This document shows, piece after piece, positions 16,263 through 28,990 of a stretch of 64,000 nt of DNA. Numbering within the stretch: the stretch's first letter is position 1; each line of letters begins with the position of its first letter. This stretch comes from Protoeuglena noctilucae (lineage: Eukaryota): NCBI GenBank assembly GCA_958009085.1, contig OY253687.1, positions 186,001-250,000 on the forward strand, written 5' to 3'. The notes under the pieces are model-generated. The model saw nothing but the letters and a program-made list of their open reading frames with translations. It made no database searches and was not told the origin of the DNA. A program made the translations under genes and the position numbers.

Positions 16263-16965
16263 CTATCGACGGGGCAGGTAGGACCGCAACGTCACCGTGG
16301 CCCTGGCGATGAGCTGGCACACGGGCCCCCTCCGGATCCTGGCAAGGACCGCTTTATCCAGTCCGGGCATGTATCTGCTCGTCAAGTTCTGCAGCGTGCA
16401 CACGGCGACCAGCACCGCACCGACGAGGGCAACGCCCGTCACTGCGGTCGTGAGCCTGCAGGCGAAGTCAGGAAGGGGGACGTGGGTGCAGGGAGCCGCG
16501 ACAATGCAGGACCCGCGGAGCTGAGTTCTGGCGCTTCTCACCAGGACCCCTGCTCTTTCTTCTGCGGCAGAGGGGGCAGCCACTTGATGGGGTGCTTAGC
16601 GTAGATGGGCCACGGAGGAAGCGCCACCTGCAGGGAGGGTGGGGAGCATGGCATGCGTCTTCCAAGCAAAGATGTTGCTTGCGCAAATCGCCTCGGGCGC
16701 GCACTCCGAGCGGCTGCTCACCGCGGACGCTAGCCCCATGCCCCCGAGGAAGGCCCACATCGTGATGGCCCAGCTCCCTTGCACGTACCCCGCGACCCAC
16801 CCGATCGCCCCTGCCACCGGTATGATGACCATTCTGCAGTGCATGGCAGGACCCCTGCGATTTGCACGGATCCGCGGCGCAGAAGACACGAGGGCGACGA
16901 GCCCTTCCCCTCGTCCTTCCAGCTCACATCAACCTCTCCGCGAGGACTTGCCCCACGAAGTCCAT
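16263..16965 (-). CDS. SPCS1: Signal peptidase complex subunit 1 (SPC12), possibly with a C-terminal extension
   Basis: MDFVGQVLAER, two TMs (AGAIGWVAGYVQGSW...), VALPPWPIYAKHPIKWLPP. Stops either at 16538 (unspliced) or 16263 (spliced). Confidence 0.85.
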
Positions 16966-17266
16966 CGCAACTCCTTCCTCTCGCTCGGCCTGCGCCTGCT
17001 CCGGGGCCGCCGGGGTGGGATCCACACGCTGCGTTCGCGGGGAACGATGTGCGAGGCAGGCCTGTGTCTTGAGAGCTAGCGCGATATTCCCAGTCATCCC
17101 AAAGGCAGTGCGGTTGTGCCCAGCGCTGCGGACCCAGCGAGATTTGCAGGACTCGCGGCGCCAGTGATGTCCCGCCAGTTCGCCGGTCGCAGCTCAAAGT
17201 CGCGATGCCGCGACCCTTGCCAGGCCATTGCCGGGGAGCGTCTCGACCGTGGGCTCAGTGCCAGGG

Positions 17267-20200
17267 ATGGCATCGCTCCGTGAACGCGTGGCGGCCTTCA
17301 AGGTGCGCAGCGCAGCGCGCACGCTGCGCTGTGTTGCAGAGCCTGGCGCGACAGCTGGACGGCCCAGCGATGCACGCAGCACCGCTTAGTACGGAAGGGT
17401 GAATCGCCGTTGGCCAGCGGAACGCCGCGTCACGCGTCGCAAGGCTCCGAAGATGCGACGACGGAAACCAGCTCAGCTCACAGCCGGACGCCGTCGAAGC
17501 GCATAAACTTCCTCCTGCGGTTCGGGAAGTCGACACGCAGCATGATACCGGACCCATCGGGTCAAGAGGAGCCGCTGCGGTGAGGTTCCTGCCGTAACAG
17601 TCGGCACGCCGCGGGCGTAGCGACCTGCAAGCGTCTGCGCGTTCCCCGCCGTCGCAGGGACCTCTACGGCTTTCAGGTCAGCCACGAGCATCAGGAGGCG
17701 TACAAAACCCAGCGCCTGATCAGTCAGGTGAGCGTGCATGGTGCTCACGCTGGCCCCGCCACCCCTGCGGCAGCACGAGCCTGTCGTCGCCTCCTCCCGT
17801 GCAGCAAGAGGAAGGTCTCCGGTACCAAAAGTGGGCGGACTTCCTCGAGGGCCTGCGCGCCCGGCGGCAGCTCTTCGGTACCGGCAGCGCGGGCAGCGGG
17901 GGCGATGGCTTTGCCGCGGAGGAGCTGCAGGCGGTGCTGGCAGAGGGCGGCGACGTGGAATCGGACGACCGGCGAGAGCTCGAGGCGCTCATCCGGCTCG
18001 GCGTGCCCATGGCGCTCCGGGGCCAAGTGTGGCAGGTCCTGCTTCGATCGCACGAGTCCAAGGCGACGGGCGATTACCGGGACTACCTGGAGGTGACTTG
18101 AGGGGCGATGAAGCTGTGGAGTGAAGTACGGTTGCGCAGCGATGAGCTGACACGTAGGAAAGGGATATGGACGCGAGTGGGTGCTTGCTGCGGCGCAGAG
18201 GAGCACGCGTTTGGCGGCGCAGGCGGAGGCGGGGCAGGGAAGGGCAGGGACGCCGGCGGGCCCGGGTGCTGACTTGGGCAGGCGCATCTTGGAGTGGCAG
18301 CGGCAAGTGGACAAGGACTTGGAGCGGACGTTTCCCACCCACCCGGCGATGGACGCCCACGGGCAGGCGGCCCTGCGGTGAGGGAACGCTCATGCGCATC
18401 CCAGCTGTGCCAAAAATGAGTCACATAGCCTTTATCGCCAATGGCACCCCGCTCGCTGGTCGGCAACCGTGCCCCTCGCGCTGCCCGGCCGAAATGACGC
18501 CCCGTGCTGCCGCCCCCACGCAGGCGCGTGCTGAATGCCTATATGGTCCGCAACCCCTCGGTGGGGTACTGCCAGGGCATGAATTTTATCGCGGGCTGCA
18601 TGCTCATGCACATGGGGGAGGAGCCGGCCTTCTGGAGCCTGTGCCGGGTGGTGGAGAATTTGCTGCCGGGCTACTACACGGAGGCCATGACCGGGCTGCA
18701 CCTCGACCTCCGTTGCTTCCGGAAAATCTTTGAGGATGTCCACCGTAGCTTGTCAGGCGAGGCACCGGGATGTGTGGTTATGCGCTCTTGTGCTTGTAAA
18801 CGGTGCTTGGTCAGTGCTACGGGAGCGTCGTCGGTGGGGTGAAGGACAGCCACTGCCATTGACCCCGCAGCTCATCTGGACAGCCTCGGCGTGGACGTGT
18901 CCACCGTCGCCATCTCCTGGCTTCTCTGTCTCTTCATGAACTCCCTCCCCCTCGAGACCTGCCTCGACGTCTGGGACCTCGTCTTCTTCACCGGCAACGT
19001 CGTGCCGCTGTTCCAGGCAACACACGCGGCGAACCATGAGCTGTTCTATGCCAGAGAGATATGTCGGTGTCGTCCCGATGCCCGCCATGCTCGTCAGGCA
19101 CCTCCTCCGGCCACCTGTGCGTTGACGGCTGCTTCGGCCGCCGCTTCCCCAGGTGGCTCTCGCTCTGTTGGACCTGGCCGTGCCCCAGCTGATGAAGTGC
19201 GGGGACCCCATGGACGCCTTCGACCTCCTCAAGTCCCTGGCGCCCAGCGCCTTCGATGCCCTCACGCTCGTGCAAGTGGCCGTGGGCACCAACGTGCTCA
19301 CCAAGGACGACCTCGAGGCGCTGAGGGACGCGTGCGCACGCGACAGCCAGGTGAGCGCGGGCCGAGCGCCGGTGCTACATGCGGATGTAAGCAGTTGCTC
19401 CCTTTGCCAACAATCACTGGCAATGACGCGTGTGGTTGAGGCATGGGCACTTGGTGTCGCGCTCACAGGGTGGCGAGGAGTCGGGAGCTGCGAGTCACGG
19501 GGAAGAGGACAACGCCCGGCCCCCAGGCGCCACACAGCAAGGTTCGGCGACAGCTGCGCCGCCCCCTTTATCTGCAAGCTGCTGCAGGCTGTTGTCTGAC
19601 GCCCTGTGCGTGCAAATGCAGAGTTGCCGCGGCGACCTTCCAGTGCTGGGTCCGACCACACCGTCGTGGAGTGTCCCGGTGGGGAGGGGCCGTCCGACAT
19701 GGCCGATGTCCTGGTGGGTTTGGAACCCCGTGCGCCAGCTCTGCCTCCCATACTACTGCGCCATTCCATGTTACCATGCTGATGACTCGACGCCCCTGTG
19801 TGCGTCTTGCAGGCCAGCCAGCTGAGCTCGGATGTCTTGTGCGTCCCAGCCGAGGAGAGCCTGGCTGGCAGCTCCCCTCCTTTCAGAGAGCCCAGGATGG
19901 CGACGACACCTGGGCAGGGCAGCGGTTCGTTGCCCGACAGTCGCTCGCCAGGCACTGATGTTGGAGAGGCCGGGGCATTGCCCGCGCGTGTCGTCGCGCT
20001 GCAGCGTGGGTGAGGCACCGTCACGTGTCCCACCTGTCGTCGCCCATGTCATCCCACATCCATCCCATCGGCTTTCTCGTCTCCGATGTCGCCCGCTTTG
20101 CGCAACTAACACCCGCCCTTCCCTCCCCTCTGCGAGCAGGTACCCCGCGAGGGCGTCGGCCACAAGCCAGGCATCCTCGCAGTTAGGGGCCTGGCACCAT

Positions 20201-21526
20201 GTGCTGGACAAGGAGGACTCGTTTGGCATGGGCCGGGTCGGCTTCAAGGACCCCTACAGCATGGGCGACCGCAGCTCCAACTCGTCGGCGGAGGACCTCT
20301 CCGTGGCGTCGGCGTTTCTGCGTAACGAGAGCGGGGCGGAGATCTTGCCCGCGGCGCGCCTCGGGTCCTTCAGCCCGCACGACTTCGGGGAGCGGCCGGG
20401 CTCCAATGACGCGGGCCGGGAGGCGTCCGAGGGGGCGTGGCGAGCGAGCGGCCGGCGGAGCGTGCGTGGGGAGAAGAGCGGCGTGCTCGCGGGGGTGGCG
20501 GAGGACGACCGGGAGGGTGGGTCGGCACGGGGGCGGGGCGGGGAGGTGGGGGTGTCCCTGGGTGACTGGGCTGCGGTGCGGGGGCAGAGGGAGAGGGAGG
20601 GCGAGGGACCCGAAGGCCAGGGTGGGTCGTCCGCGGCAGCCAAGGGGCAAGTGGGCTTGGCCGGGGGGACTGCCGGGGCGACTACAGTAGGACGTCAGGA
20701 CGGGCAGCAGGGGCAGGAGGCGGCACCGGTGCGGCCTCGGCCATTGCATGTGGGGGATGACGGAGACCCTGGCTCGTCGGGTGCCGGGACCCCGCCGCAA
20801 CAGCCACCGAGGACGGGGCGCCGCTTTGGTTCGGGGACACCAGGCACCGCCCGCAACGGCAGGGGCAGCCGGGGTGAGCAGTGGCTGCCAGTCGCTGTCC
20901 GCTTGCCGCCTGTAGCTATACCAGCCGCCAGCTGCCCCGGCTCTGGCATGACCAGGAGCACGACTTGGTTTCGCGCAGTGGACTTCCCGGGGTTAGACCC
21001 GCGGCCGGACTCGGCGGCGGACGCGCGCATGCTTCAGGAGGAGCTGGACGGAATCCGTGCGGAGCTTCAGCGGCGCGGCAAGGGCATCTGCGTGGGGCAT
21101 GCCCGAGGCGCCACGCTGGCGGGCGTCATCAACTTGGCGGAGTTGGCGGAGGAGCGGATGGAGGAGATACGGCGGCTGCGGGAGCAGCTGGGGAGCGCGC
21201 AGGCGTCGCCGGGTGAGTTAGTGTGGGGGGCAGCACAAGGGGTGAGCTTGCGCACGGGTGCGTCGTCTGTATCAGCACCTGCGCCCCCGCCACAATGCGA
21301 CGCAGAGCGCGACAAGGAAGACGCGGCTGTCACGAGCCCAGGGCGCCTGGGTCCCGGGCCACTCGAGGATGTGCCGTCGCTTCAAGCGCGTGTGGCAGAG
21401 CTGGCGCAGAGGAACGCAGAGCTGGAGCGGGAGCTGTCAGCGTCAAGGGAAGTGGAAGCGGGGAAGGACGAGGTGATCCGAATGCTGCACGCCAAGATCA
21501 GCTCGCTCCTCAATGACCGGCAGTGA
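17267..21526 (+). CDS. TBC-domain Rab GTPase-activating protein with C-terminal coiled coil
   Basis: DLYGF, LIRLGVPMALRGQVW, QVDKDLERTFP (IxxDxxR-like), RNPSVGYCQGMNF (YxQ), LDVWDLVF, LFQVALALL. Start position uncertain. Confidence 0.9.
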
Positions 21527-21537
21527 GGGGGCGGCGC

Positions 21538-21989
21538 CTAGTGTTGCGGGGCCGTGGGGGCAGGGTCCGCCTTGGTGTCCGGAGCGAGGCCGAGCTCGCG
21601 AAGGTCCTGCCTGCATGTGAAGAGAAGAGTTGCCTTTTTGGTTGCCCTAGTGGGGCGGGCGACGGGCACGAGGCCGTGCCGTCCCTTGCAATCGCACCTG
21701 GCCATCAGGTCGCGGTCCATGCGGCACTGCAGATAAGCGACGGCGATGTCCCGGCAGTGCGACGAGTCCTGGTGGGCTTTGACGCACGCCTGCGGCCACA
21801 CAGCGACGAGTTCTGTGCGAAGCCGCGGCGGGTGGATCATGAGACGGCGCCCGTCCCCGACGGACTCACCTTGTAGGAATCGGCCACGTCCTTGCACTCG
21901 CCGAAGTGGTCGAGGGGAAACACGCCCTTTTCCGGGGGCTTGGGCGGGGCGCTGCGGCCCCCGCCAAACGCGCCCCCCGCGGTGGCCAT
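21538..21989 (-). CDS. COX19: Cytochrome c oxidase assembly protein COX19 (twin CX9C)
   Basis: PPEKGVFPLDHFGECK...YKAC...CRDIAVAYLQCRMDRDLMA...LGL. Confidence 0.93.
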
Positions 21990-22951
21990 ACGAGCTACGC
22001 CATGGCCGGGAGAAGCACGCCCTCGCCCTCGACGGCCGCACTGGCCCCCGCGCGCCAGGTGGGGCACGTGCTAGCCCCGCCCAGCACAATGTGTCGCTGG
22101 CACCGGATCGCCTGCGCTAGCGGTTCGCCGCCGGGCGACAACCCGCGCTCCCCCGGCAACGATGCGCCCATCTCTTGAGCAGGCAGTGCTGACCGAGGCG
22201 TTCTCTCCCGGCTTGGCCCTGCGTACATCGCGGGACGCGCTCCTTGGCCACGCTGGCCGAGTCTCGGGGCCCAGAGCGGACACCGTCGGCATAGAAGTAG
22301 TGGTTCTTTTCGGCTCTCTGCATCGTCCCCCCTGGCGGTCGCTCCATCCGCGCAGCCATGAGGACCGAGACGTGAGTGGCCTCCCCCGGCAGCGATCTCG
22401 CCGACAATCGATTGCCGCGATCCTGATCGGGCAGCGCGCGGGCAGGGGTTCGGGGAACGCCGGGCCCCGGCGCTTTTCCCGGGCCCCCCCCGAGTCCGAG
22501 TCCCTCGGACGGGCGCCCCACCGGCTTCCCGGGGCTGTATATGAGATTGCTCGCGGCCAGTCGTCGCCCTCGCCTTCGCGCTGCCCGCCTGGCCGGGCGC
22601 CCTCCCACATCGCCGCGTTTGGCCCGGCCGGGGGATGGCGCGCGGGACAGTGGCAACCACCGAGCTTGCTTTTGTCGTAGCTCTCGCGCGACGACGTTTC
22701 TTCGGTGCTCGTTGCCCGGTACCGCTCGGCGTGGCCAGTCCCCCGCGCGTCCCCCGGGTCCCCTCGCTGCGTCCCCTCCGTAGCACCTGTGACCTTTCCG
22801 TCTGCACGACCGCCTCTGCTGCCCCGCGAGGGCCGTCCTGCCTCGGGCCGGAGATGGCATGGGCGGGGCCCCGGGGACGCGATTTGCCGTTCGCGCTGGA
22901 CCCTTGGTCCATCATACTCTCCCGGTTTCGCGCGGGAGACCCGCTGGGGCG

Positions 22952-25898
22952 ATGACCGGCGCTCCGGCCGGGTCCCGCCTCGAGTCTGCCCTCCCCGTCG
23001 CGACCAGGCCGCCCCCTCTCCTCACGCGCAGGGAAAATGGCGGCGGGAAGCGCCTGCAGTACTCGACGGCGTTCCTCCTCGGGCTGCGGAGCCTGCCCGA
23101 GTGCTCCGAGATGCCCGAAGTGCTGCACCGCTTCCCGACGCTGACGGGGACCTCCAGCACCAAGGGGGTGTGGGCGGACACACGGATCTCGCGCGCGGAC
23201 GCCCGGGGCCGCGGAGCTCGGGGCGAGGAGGAGTACCCTGCCCGCCGCCCCGTGGTCCCTGGCCGGCGCGCTCCCCCGGGCATGAACGGCAAGCACTACG
23301 GCGCGTTGGACGGGCACGAGGGGGACGCGAGCGGCAAGCGCACCCCGGCCGGCCGCTGGGACCAGGAGTGGGGCCCGCGCAATAACGTGACGGGGGCGCA
23401 GTGGGCGGGCCCGGACCGCTGGGACAGCAACCCGGGGCGGGGCCGCGGGCGCCCCAACGATCGCTTCGACCACCGGGAGGACGGCGGGAACGCCGACTGG
23501 CTCGAGGAGGAGGCGGCCCGGCAGGACGCCCGCGGCGACGGCGGGGCGGGCTTCTTCGGGCTCGGCCGGTCGGACGTGATGGACGAGATTGAGCGCGAGA
23601 GGCAGCAGCACCACCGCTCGTGGATGGCGGCAAAGGAGGTGCGGGCCGCCGTCAGAGGGCCCATGCCGGGCGCCACTTGCGTGCGACGAGAGCGCTGGCC
23701 GCAACGTCGGCCCCCCTCTGCGACCATCCATGCAGGGCGACGGCACGCAGGGCAACGACCTTATTGAGCAGAGCGAGGAGGCTCGCAAGCGCGCGGAGGA
23801 GGACGATGTCTTCAACGAGATCTGGGCGCAGTTCAAGGAGGTGAGGCGAAGGGAGGAGGCGTTTGTTGCATGGTCCCACTGTAAGCTTGAACGAGGGGTC
23901 GGAGGTGGTCCTCAACGTTGCTGAGACGCGCGACCTCCGATGGCCGCCGCATCGCCGCAGGAGGGGCAGGACGGCGGGCGCACCGAGGACGTGGGCGAGG
24001 ACGGCCACCGCACGTCCAAGGCCGGGTCCGAGGCCCGCAGCGTGCCCGAGCCGGCCGTCGACTACCAACCCCTCGGGGGCGGCGGCTTCGGCCTCTGGGA
24101 CTCCCTCTCGGCCTTTGACTTCCGCCAGGGCGGCGACCTGGGCGCCCCGGTGGGCAAGGACGCGGCCAAGCAGCTGGGCGCGGCGGACGACCGCAAGCAG
24201 GGGCTTCTCGACGGGCACGCCGAGGCGGCGCAGGTGTGGGCTTCATGCGTGCGTGCGGCGCCCCAGTCGTGGGTGGGGGTCCGTGCGGTGGCCTGTGTCG
24301 GAGCTCGGCCAGCTCATGTCCTCTTGCCTCCTTCGCCTCCGCAGAGCATCCTGTCGCTGTTCCAGCGATCGATGCAGGAAGCGAGGGGCGCGGAGAACGG
24401 GTCGCAGGGCGCCGTCCATGGCCTGCCCTCCCTGACCCAGCAGCAGCTCCAGCAGCAGCAGCTGTCGCGGATGCTGGCGGGGAGGGCCGGCCAGGCCCCG
24501 CCGGCCTCGTCGGCGGCGAGCGACGCGCGGTCGTCCTCGATGCAGGAGGCGACCCTCGAGCTGATGCGCCTCATGCTGGCGCAGCAGAGCAACGGCCGCA
24601 ACCCCGCCGTCGGCGACCGCCCGGACGCCTCGACGCTCCTCGACCTCATCCGCAACGCCGCCACGCAGTCCGTGGTGTCGGGCCAGCAGACCCCCGCAAC
24701 CGCCCAGCCCCCCCGGTCCATGCCCGGCGACGTGGCGGCCCTCCAGCAGCTGGGCCTCCGCCCGCCGTCCCAGCCCAAGGGCTCCCCGACGCGCGCCATG
24801 CCGGGCGGCATGCCCGTGCCATCGCAGGGCCTGCCCCAGGGCCCGGGGGCCCTCAACATTGGCCTGCCCCCGGGGGGCGGCGCCCCTCTGGCCCCGTTCC
24901 CTGGCAGCGCCGGGATGGGCGTGGGCATGCCCGGCCCCATGCCTGGCGCCGCGAAGCCGACCGTGCCCCAGCACGTGAGTGCCGCGCTGCATGACGGGGT
25001 CGGTGTGTGTTGCTCCCCAGTGTGCTCCTGCCTGACACGCCTCACGCCCACGTCCCCTTCCTCCCGCAGTCCGTCCAGCACCACCTGGAGGCCTTCCACC
25101 AGTCGCAGCAGCAAGTGTCCCCGAGCCACGACGCCCTGTCGCTGGCGGCCGTGCTCGCGAAGCTGCAGGTGGCCAACAAGACCATGCTGCAGGGAGGGGC
25201 GCCCCCGAACGCCCACGCGCACGCCCACGCCCACGCGCAAGCCCAGGCGCAGGCCCAGGCTCAGGCGCAGGCGGACGCGCAGCGGCAGCAGCTCCTGGCG
25301 CGCCTGCAGCAGCTCCAGCCCCAGCAGGCGCCCCCGCACCCTCACGCGGCCCTGCAGGCACTGGCGCAGCAGCACCACCACCAGCAGCAGAAGCTCATGC
25401 ACGCCCAGATGCTGCGCCAGGCCCAGGCCCAGGGCCAGGCCCAGGGGCACGTCCGGGGCCCCGTCGCGACGGCTCCCATGACGGCGCAGCTCCTGGCGCA
25501 GATGCACGCGGCCTCGGGGGGCAGCCAGGGCTTCAACCCGCAGGGCCCCAACGCCTTCATGCGCGCCTTCCAGCGCCTCCCCGCGGTCCAGATGCACATG
25601 GGCGGCGCAGGGGCGCCCCACCCGGGCTTCCCAGGTGAGGCTCCGTCGCGCGCCCGCCGGCAATCGCCCGCGCCCCCAGCCTCGCCCATGCGTCCGGCGC
25701 TCACACATGCGCATGTGCGGCAGGCCCGCTTCGCCCCGGACCGCCCCCTCCGCTGCTGCGCCCGCAGGCGGCCCTCCGCCCATGTCCCAATCCCTGGCGG
25801 CCCAGATGCACGGCCAGCCCCAGCAGCCCGCGTTCAACGGCGCCGGGGTGTCGCACGCGGCCCTGCTCCAGCAGCTCCGCTCGCAGATGGGGCCGTGA
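22952..25898 (+). CDS. Low-complexity protein with N-terminal eIF4E-binding motif (CBE1/4E-T-like)
   Basis: KRLQYSTAFLLGLR matches YXXXXLphi. It is followed by R/G/W/D-rich repeats, MDEIERERQ, and long Q/A/P-rich disordered exons. Confidence 0.55.
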
Positions 25899-26477
25899 GG
25901 GGCCAGGCGCTGGACGCTCACGCTCGGGCGGGGCCGGGCCACCCACCAACACCACCTGTATGCCCACCGCCGAGCCTCTCCTCCCCCGGTTCGCACAGCT
26001 GCCTCTGCCTGTGCAATCGCACAGGCACGGGACCGGGGGCGACGGAGCCGCCGAGCGCATCTTAGGTTCGGCGGACGCCGCCAACGCGCGTGCCCGATGC
26101 GTGTGTTGGCACGGCTGCTGCACCACCCCGACTGTCACTTTTGGGCCGCCTCCCCTCGGACGTCATGCAGACGCCGGGGCCACGCGGCGCCCCCTTCGCT
26201 AGGTCAAGCCCAGGAGGGCGTGGGCCGACCCTCGCCTCCGGGCACTTCGTACTCCAATCACCCCCCCTCCTTAGACGTTCGCCTTTTCTATAGGCAGTGT
26301 GGCCTATTCTAGCCCGACGCTGCCCGTTTCGCAGTTTGCGCCGCATCCCCATGCGGACAAATCTGATCGCTCCCGTTTCGCCCCCAGCATCCCATGACGT
26401 CAGCACGTCGCCCTCTCTGTCCCCCCTCCCCTTGCCCGCCCTCCCGCCCCGCCCCCCGCATGCCTGCTGCAGCTAAA

Positions 26478-26757
26478 TCTTATGGGGGAGCGGGGTGGCT
26501 CGATAGCCCCCGTTTACCTGGCGCCGGTCGCATGGGTCCCGCCCGACCGCCTGCCCCATGTAGCCCGCACGGGGTCGGGGCTCCGCTTTCGTCGGGGCCC
26601 GTCCGCTCTCTCCGATAGGTGGCGCTTCGCTCCAATTCTCTGCCCGGCCCGGGCCTGGATTTCGGCCCGGCCCCCCGCGCACGATGCATGGGGTCCGGGC
26701 TCGCCCCGCGCGCCCGCACGGCACCCCATGCTTCGGCCAGCGCATTTCTTTCCCTTT
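26478..26757 (+). ncRNA. Candidate structured non-coding RNA (unassigned)
   Basis: Several helices whose non-Watson-Crick pairs are G-U only on the + strand. It ends in a T-rich tract. No known family motif matched convincingly. Confidence 0.25.
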
Positions 26758-27137
26758 CGTGTGACGTTGTCGCCCGTTGCTCCTGCAGTCCAGGTGACGG
26801 TCACTCCGTACCCGCCCCGGTGCGCAGCTTTATCAGCCTTTCCCTTAGATGTGTGTTGCGCTGCTCCTCCCCCACCCCGTTTCGAGCAGACAAGGTTAGC
26901 GCGATAAGCCATGGTTTTGCCGTCGCCAAACGATGCCGATCCTGTCCACAGCACGGCCTCGGCAAGCACCAGCACGGTGTATCATGTTCAGCACCACCCA
27001 ACACGTGCCTGCACTGCCCCCTGCATTGCGCCTGCATCGTTTTGTGGCAGCAGTTTATCCCACGATCTCATTGCCGGATAGTGGTTTGAAAGCGAGGAAG
27101 ACGAGCGCAACAATGCAGCCATTGCGCTCTGCTCTGG

Positions 27138-28725
27138 TCACAAGCTGACGTCGAGGGAGAGCTCTGTCGTCTGCTGCCCCTCGTTCGTGCGGGTCACGCG
27201 GACTTTGACCTTGCTCCCGCGGCTCAGCCCATCCAGCGCCTTGTCGAGCGCAATCTCGGTGGGTGTTGCGAAGACGCCCTCGCTCGTCTCGATGGCTGTG
27301 AGGACGTCGCCCGCCAGAATGCCCGAAAGAGACCGCCTGTGATGTGTCGGGAAGAGATGCATGGGTCACGTCATGTTTGGCGACGCGGGGCTGGACCTAA
27401 GGTAGGTAGGGTGGTAGACACGAGTGGTAGACGCGAGCCTCGCTGGCATACGCGCCATGCCAAGGCGGTGCAGGCTTCGTAGCACCGCACCTGGTGGGCA
27501 GGAGGCCCGCGGTCGCAGCGGGGCTCCCCGGCTGCACGGCCTGGATGAGGACGCCGCTCTGGACGCCCAGCTGCCGTGCGATGTTGGGGCGCGCCGCCTG
27601 GATTCCCAAGGAAGGCCGCACCACCTCCCCCCTCTCGATCAGCTGCTCCACCGGTTTGGCGATGGCCGTCACGGGGAGCGCAAAGCCCACGCCGCTGAAG
27701 GTGCCGCTGGTCGTGAAGATGGCCGTGTTGATGCCTGGGAGAGCGGTGAGAGAGACGACGTTTTCTCGCTCAGGCACGGGCGGGTGAGCGTCCATGACGG
27801 CCACTGATGCACAGAACAGGCGCTGAGGGGTCTCCAGGCACGGCACACACCGATGAGCTGGCCGGCTGTGTCCAGCAGGGCCCCGCCGCTGTTCCCCGGG
27901 TTGATCGCCGCGTCGGTCTGAATGCCGCCCACGATGCGCTGGCCCGTGGGCGAGGCGATGTCGCGGTCGACGGCGCTGACCACTCCCACGGTCAGCGTGC
28001 GCTCGAACCCGAAAGGATTGCCGATCGCCAGCACCTGCTGCCCCACGCGCGCCGGGCGAGGGCTCAACTGCACGGACCGCAGCGACCCAGGGGGCGCGGG
28101 GATGAGCAGCACGGCAAGGTCCCGGCTCCTGTCGAAGCCCAGCAGTGTCCCCCGGTACGTCTCACTTCGCCCCGCTGTCGTCAACACAGACACCTGCGCC
28201 ACCACCGGCCGGCGCCGGGCCGCGTCCGGACCTGCACCTTGCAGGCTCGGCAGCACGTGGAAGTTCGTCACGACGACATACCCACCGTCCCGCTCGGCCC
28301 ACACGACACCCGACCCGTTGCCCTCCGACACCCCGGCCTCCGCCTGCATCGGCCTGGCACCAGCGCGGGCAGCATCGACGATGTTGACCACCGACGGAGA
28401 CGCCTGGTCGTAAGCACTAATTACCGCAGCTTCCCGGGTGCTCAGCACAGCCGCGCCTTCCACCTGCGACGAAGCACCAAGACAGGAGTCGCGTCAGTCC
28501 TACCGGACGCCACTTGCGGCGTACGTCCTGCCTCTCCACGCATCAGCGCACCTCGGGACGGGTCGCGACCTCGGCGGACGCTCGCGTGGTCGGCCACACT
28601 CCCAGGGCGACGGCAACTGACGCCAGGAATGCTCTTCGCGGGGCCACAGGGGCATCGGGCGCTGCTCGAGAGCGGCAGGGCCTCACTGCTCGCGTTGGCG
28701 TGAAGATGGGTGTGGAGACCGTCAT
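27138..28725 (-). CDS. DEG8: Deg/HtrA serine protease with PDZ domain, DEG8-like, thylakoid lumen
   Basis: Transit peptide with twin-Arg RRAFL and a hydrophobic stretch. EGNGSGVVW, VTNFHV, DLAVL, QTDAAINPGNSGG, GINTAIFTTSGTFSGVGFALP, PDZ GVLIQAVQPGSPAA. Confidence 0.88.
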
Positions 28726-28990
28726 GGGGGCCGGATTCGTATGCTCACCCCCACGATTGGTTAAGCTCAGCGTACTCCTTCGCACACTGAGGGAATGGGC
28801 AACGGGGGAGGGGGCTTTGGGAGGGGTGTTCTGAAACCGTAGGGTCTTGCACGCGAGTCACGCGTTTCTCAGTCACTCGTGCCACGCGCTCGCCACCGCG
28901 TCACTCTTGCAAATGCGCGTGGTCCGACGGTGCGCTTGAAACTTGTCGGCGAGCAATGCAGGCCCACGGGCGGTGACCAAGTGTGCCAAG

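Noticed and set aside
22603..22612. TCCCACATCG, matching the plant snRNA upstream sequence element
   Set aside because: No TATA at the expected spacing downstream and no recognisable snRNA body.
21995..23836. 613-aa minus-strand ORF and many other long overlapping ORFs
   Set aside because: Shadow frames expected in very GC-rich DNA. They are R/P/A/G-rich with no motifs and lie antisense to better-supported genes.
26500..26625. Minus-strand resemblance to RNase MRP/P motifs (GCCACCTATCGGAGAGAGCGG; AAACGGGGGCT)
   Set aside because: The CR-I GAAAGTCCCC element needed for P4 is absent, the putative P8 does not pair, and wobble pairs favour the other strand.
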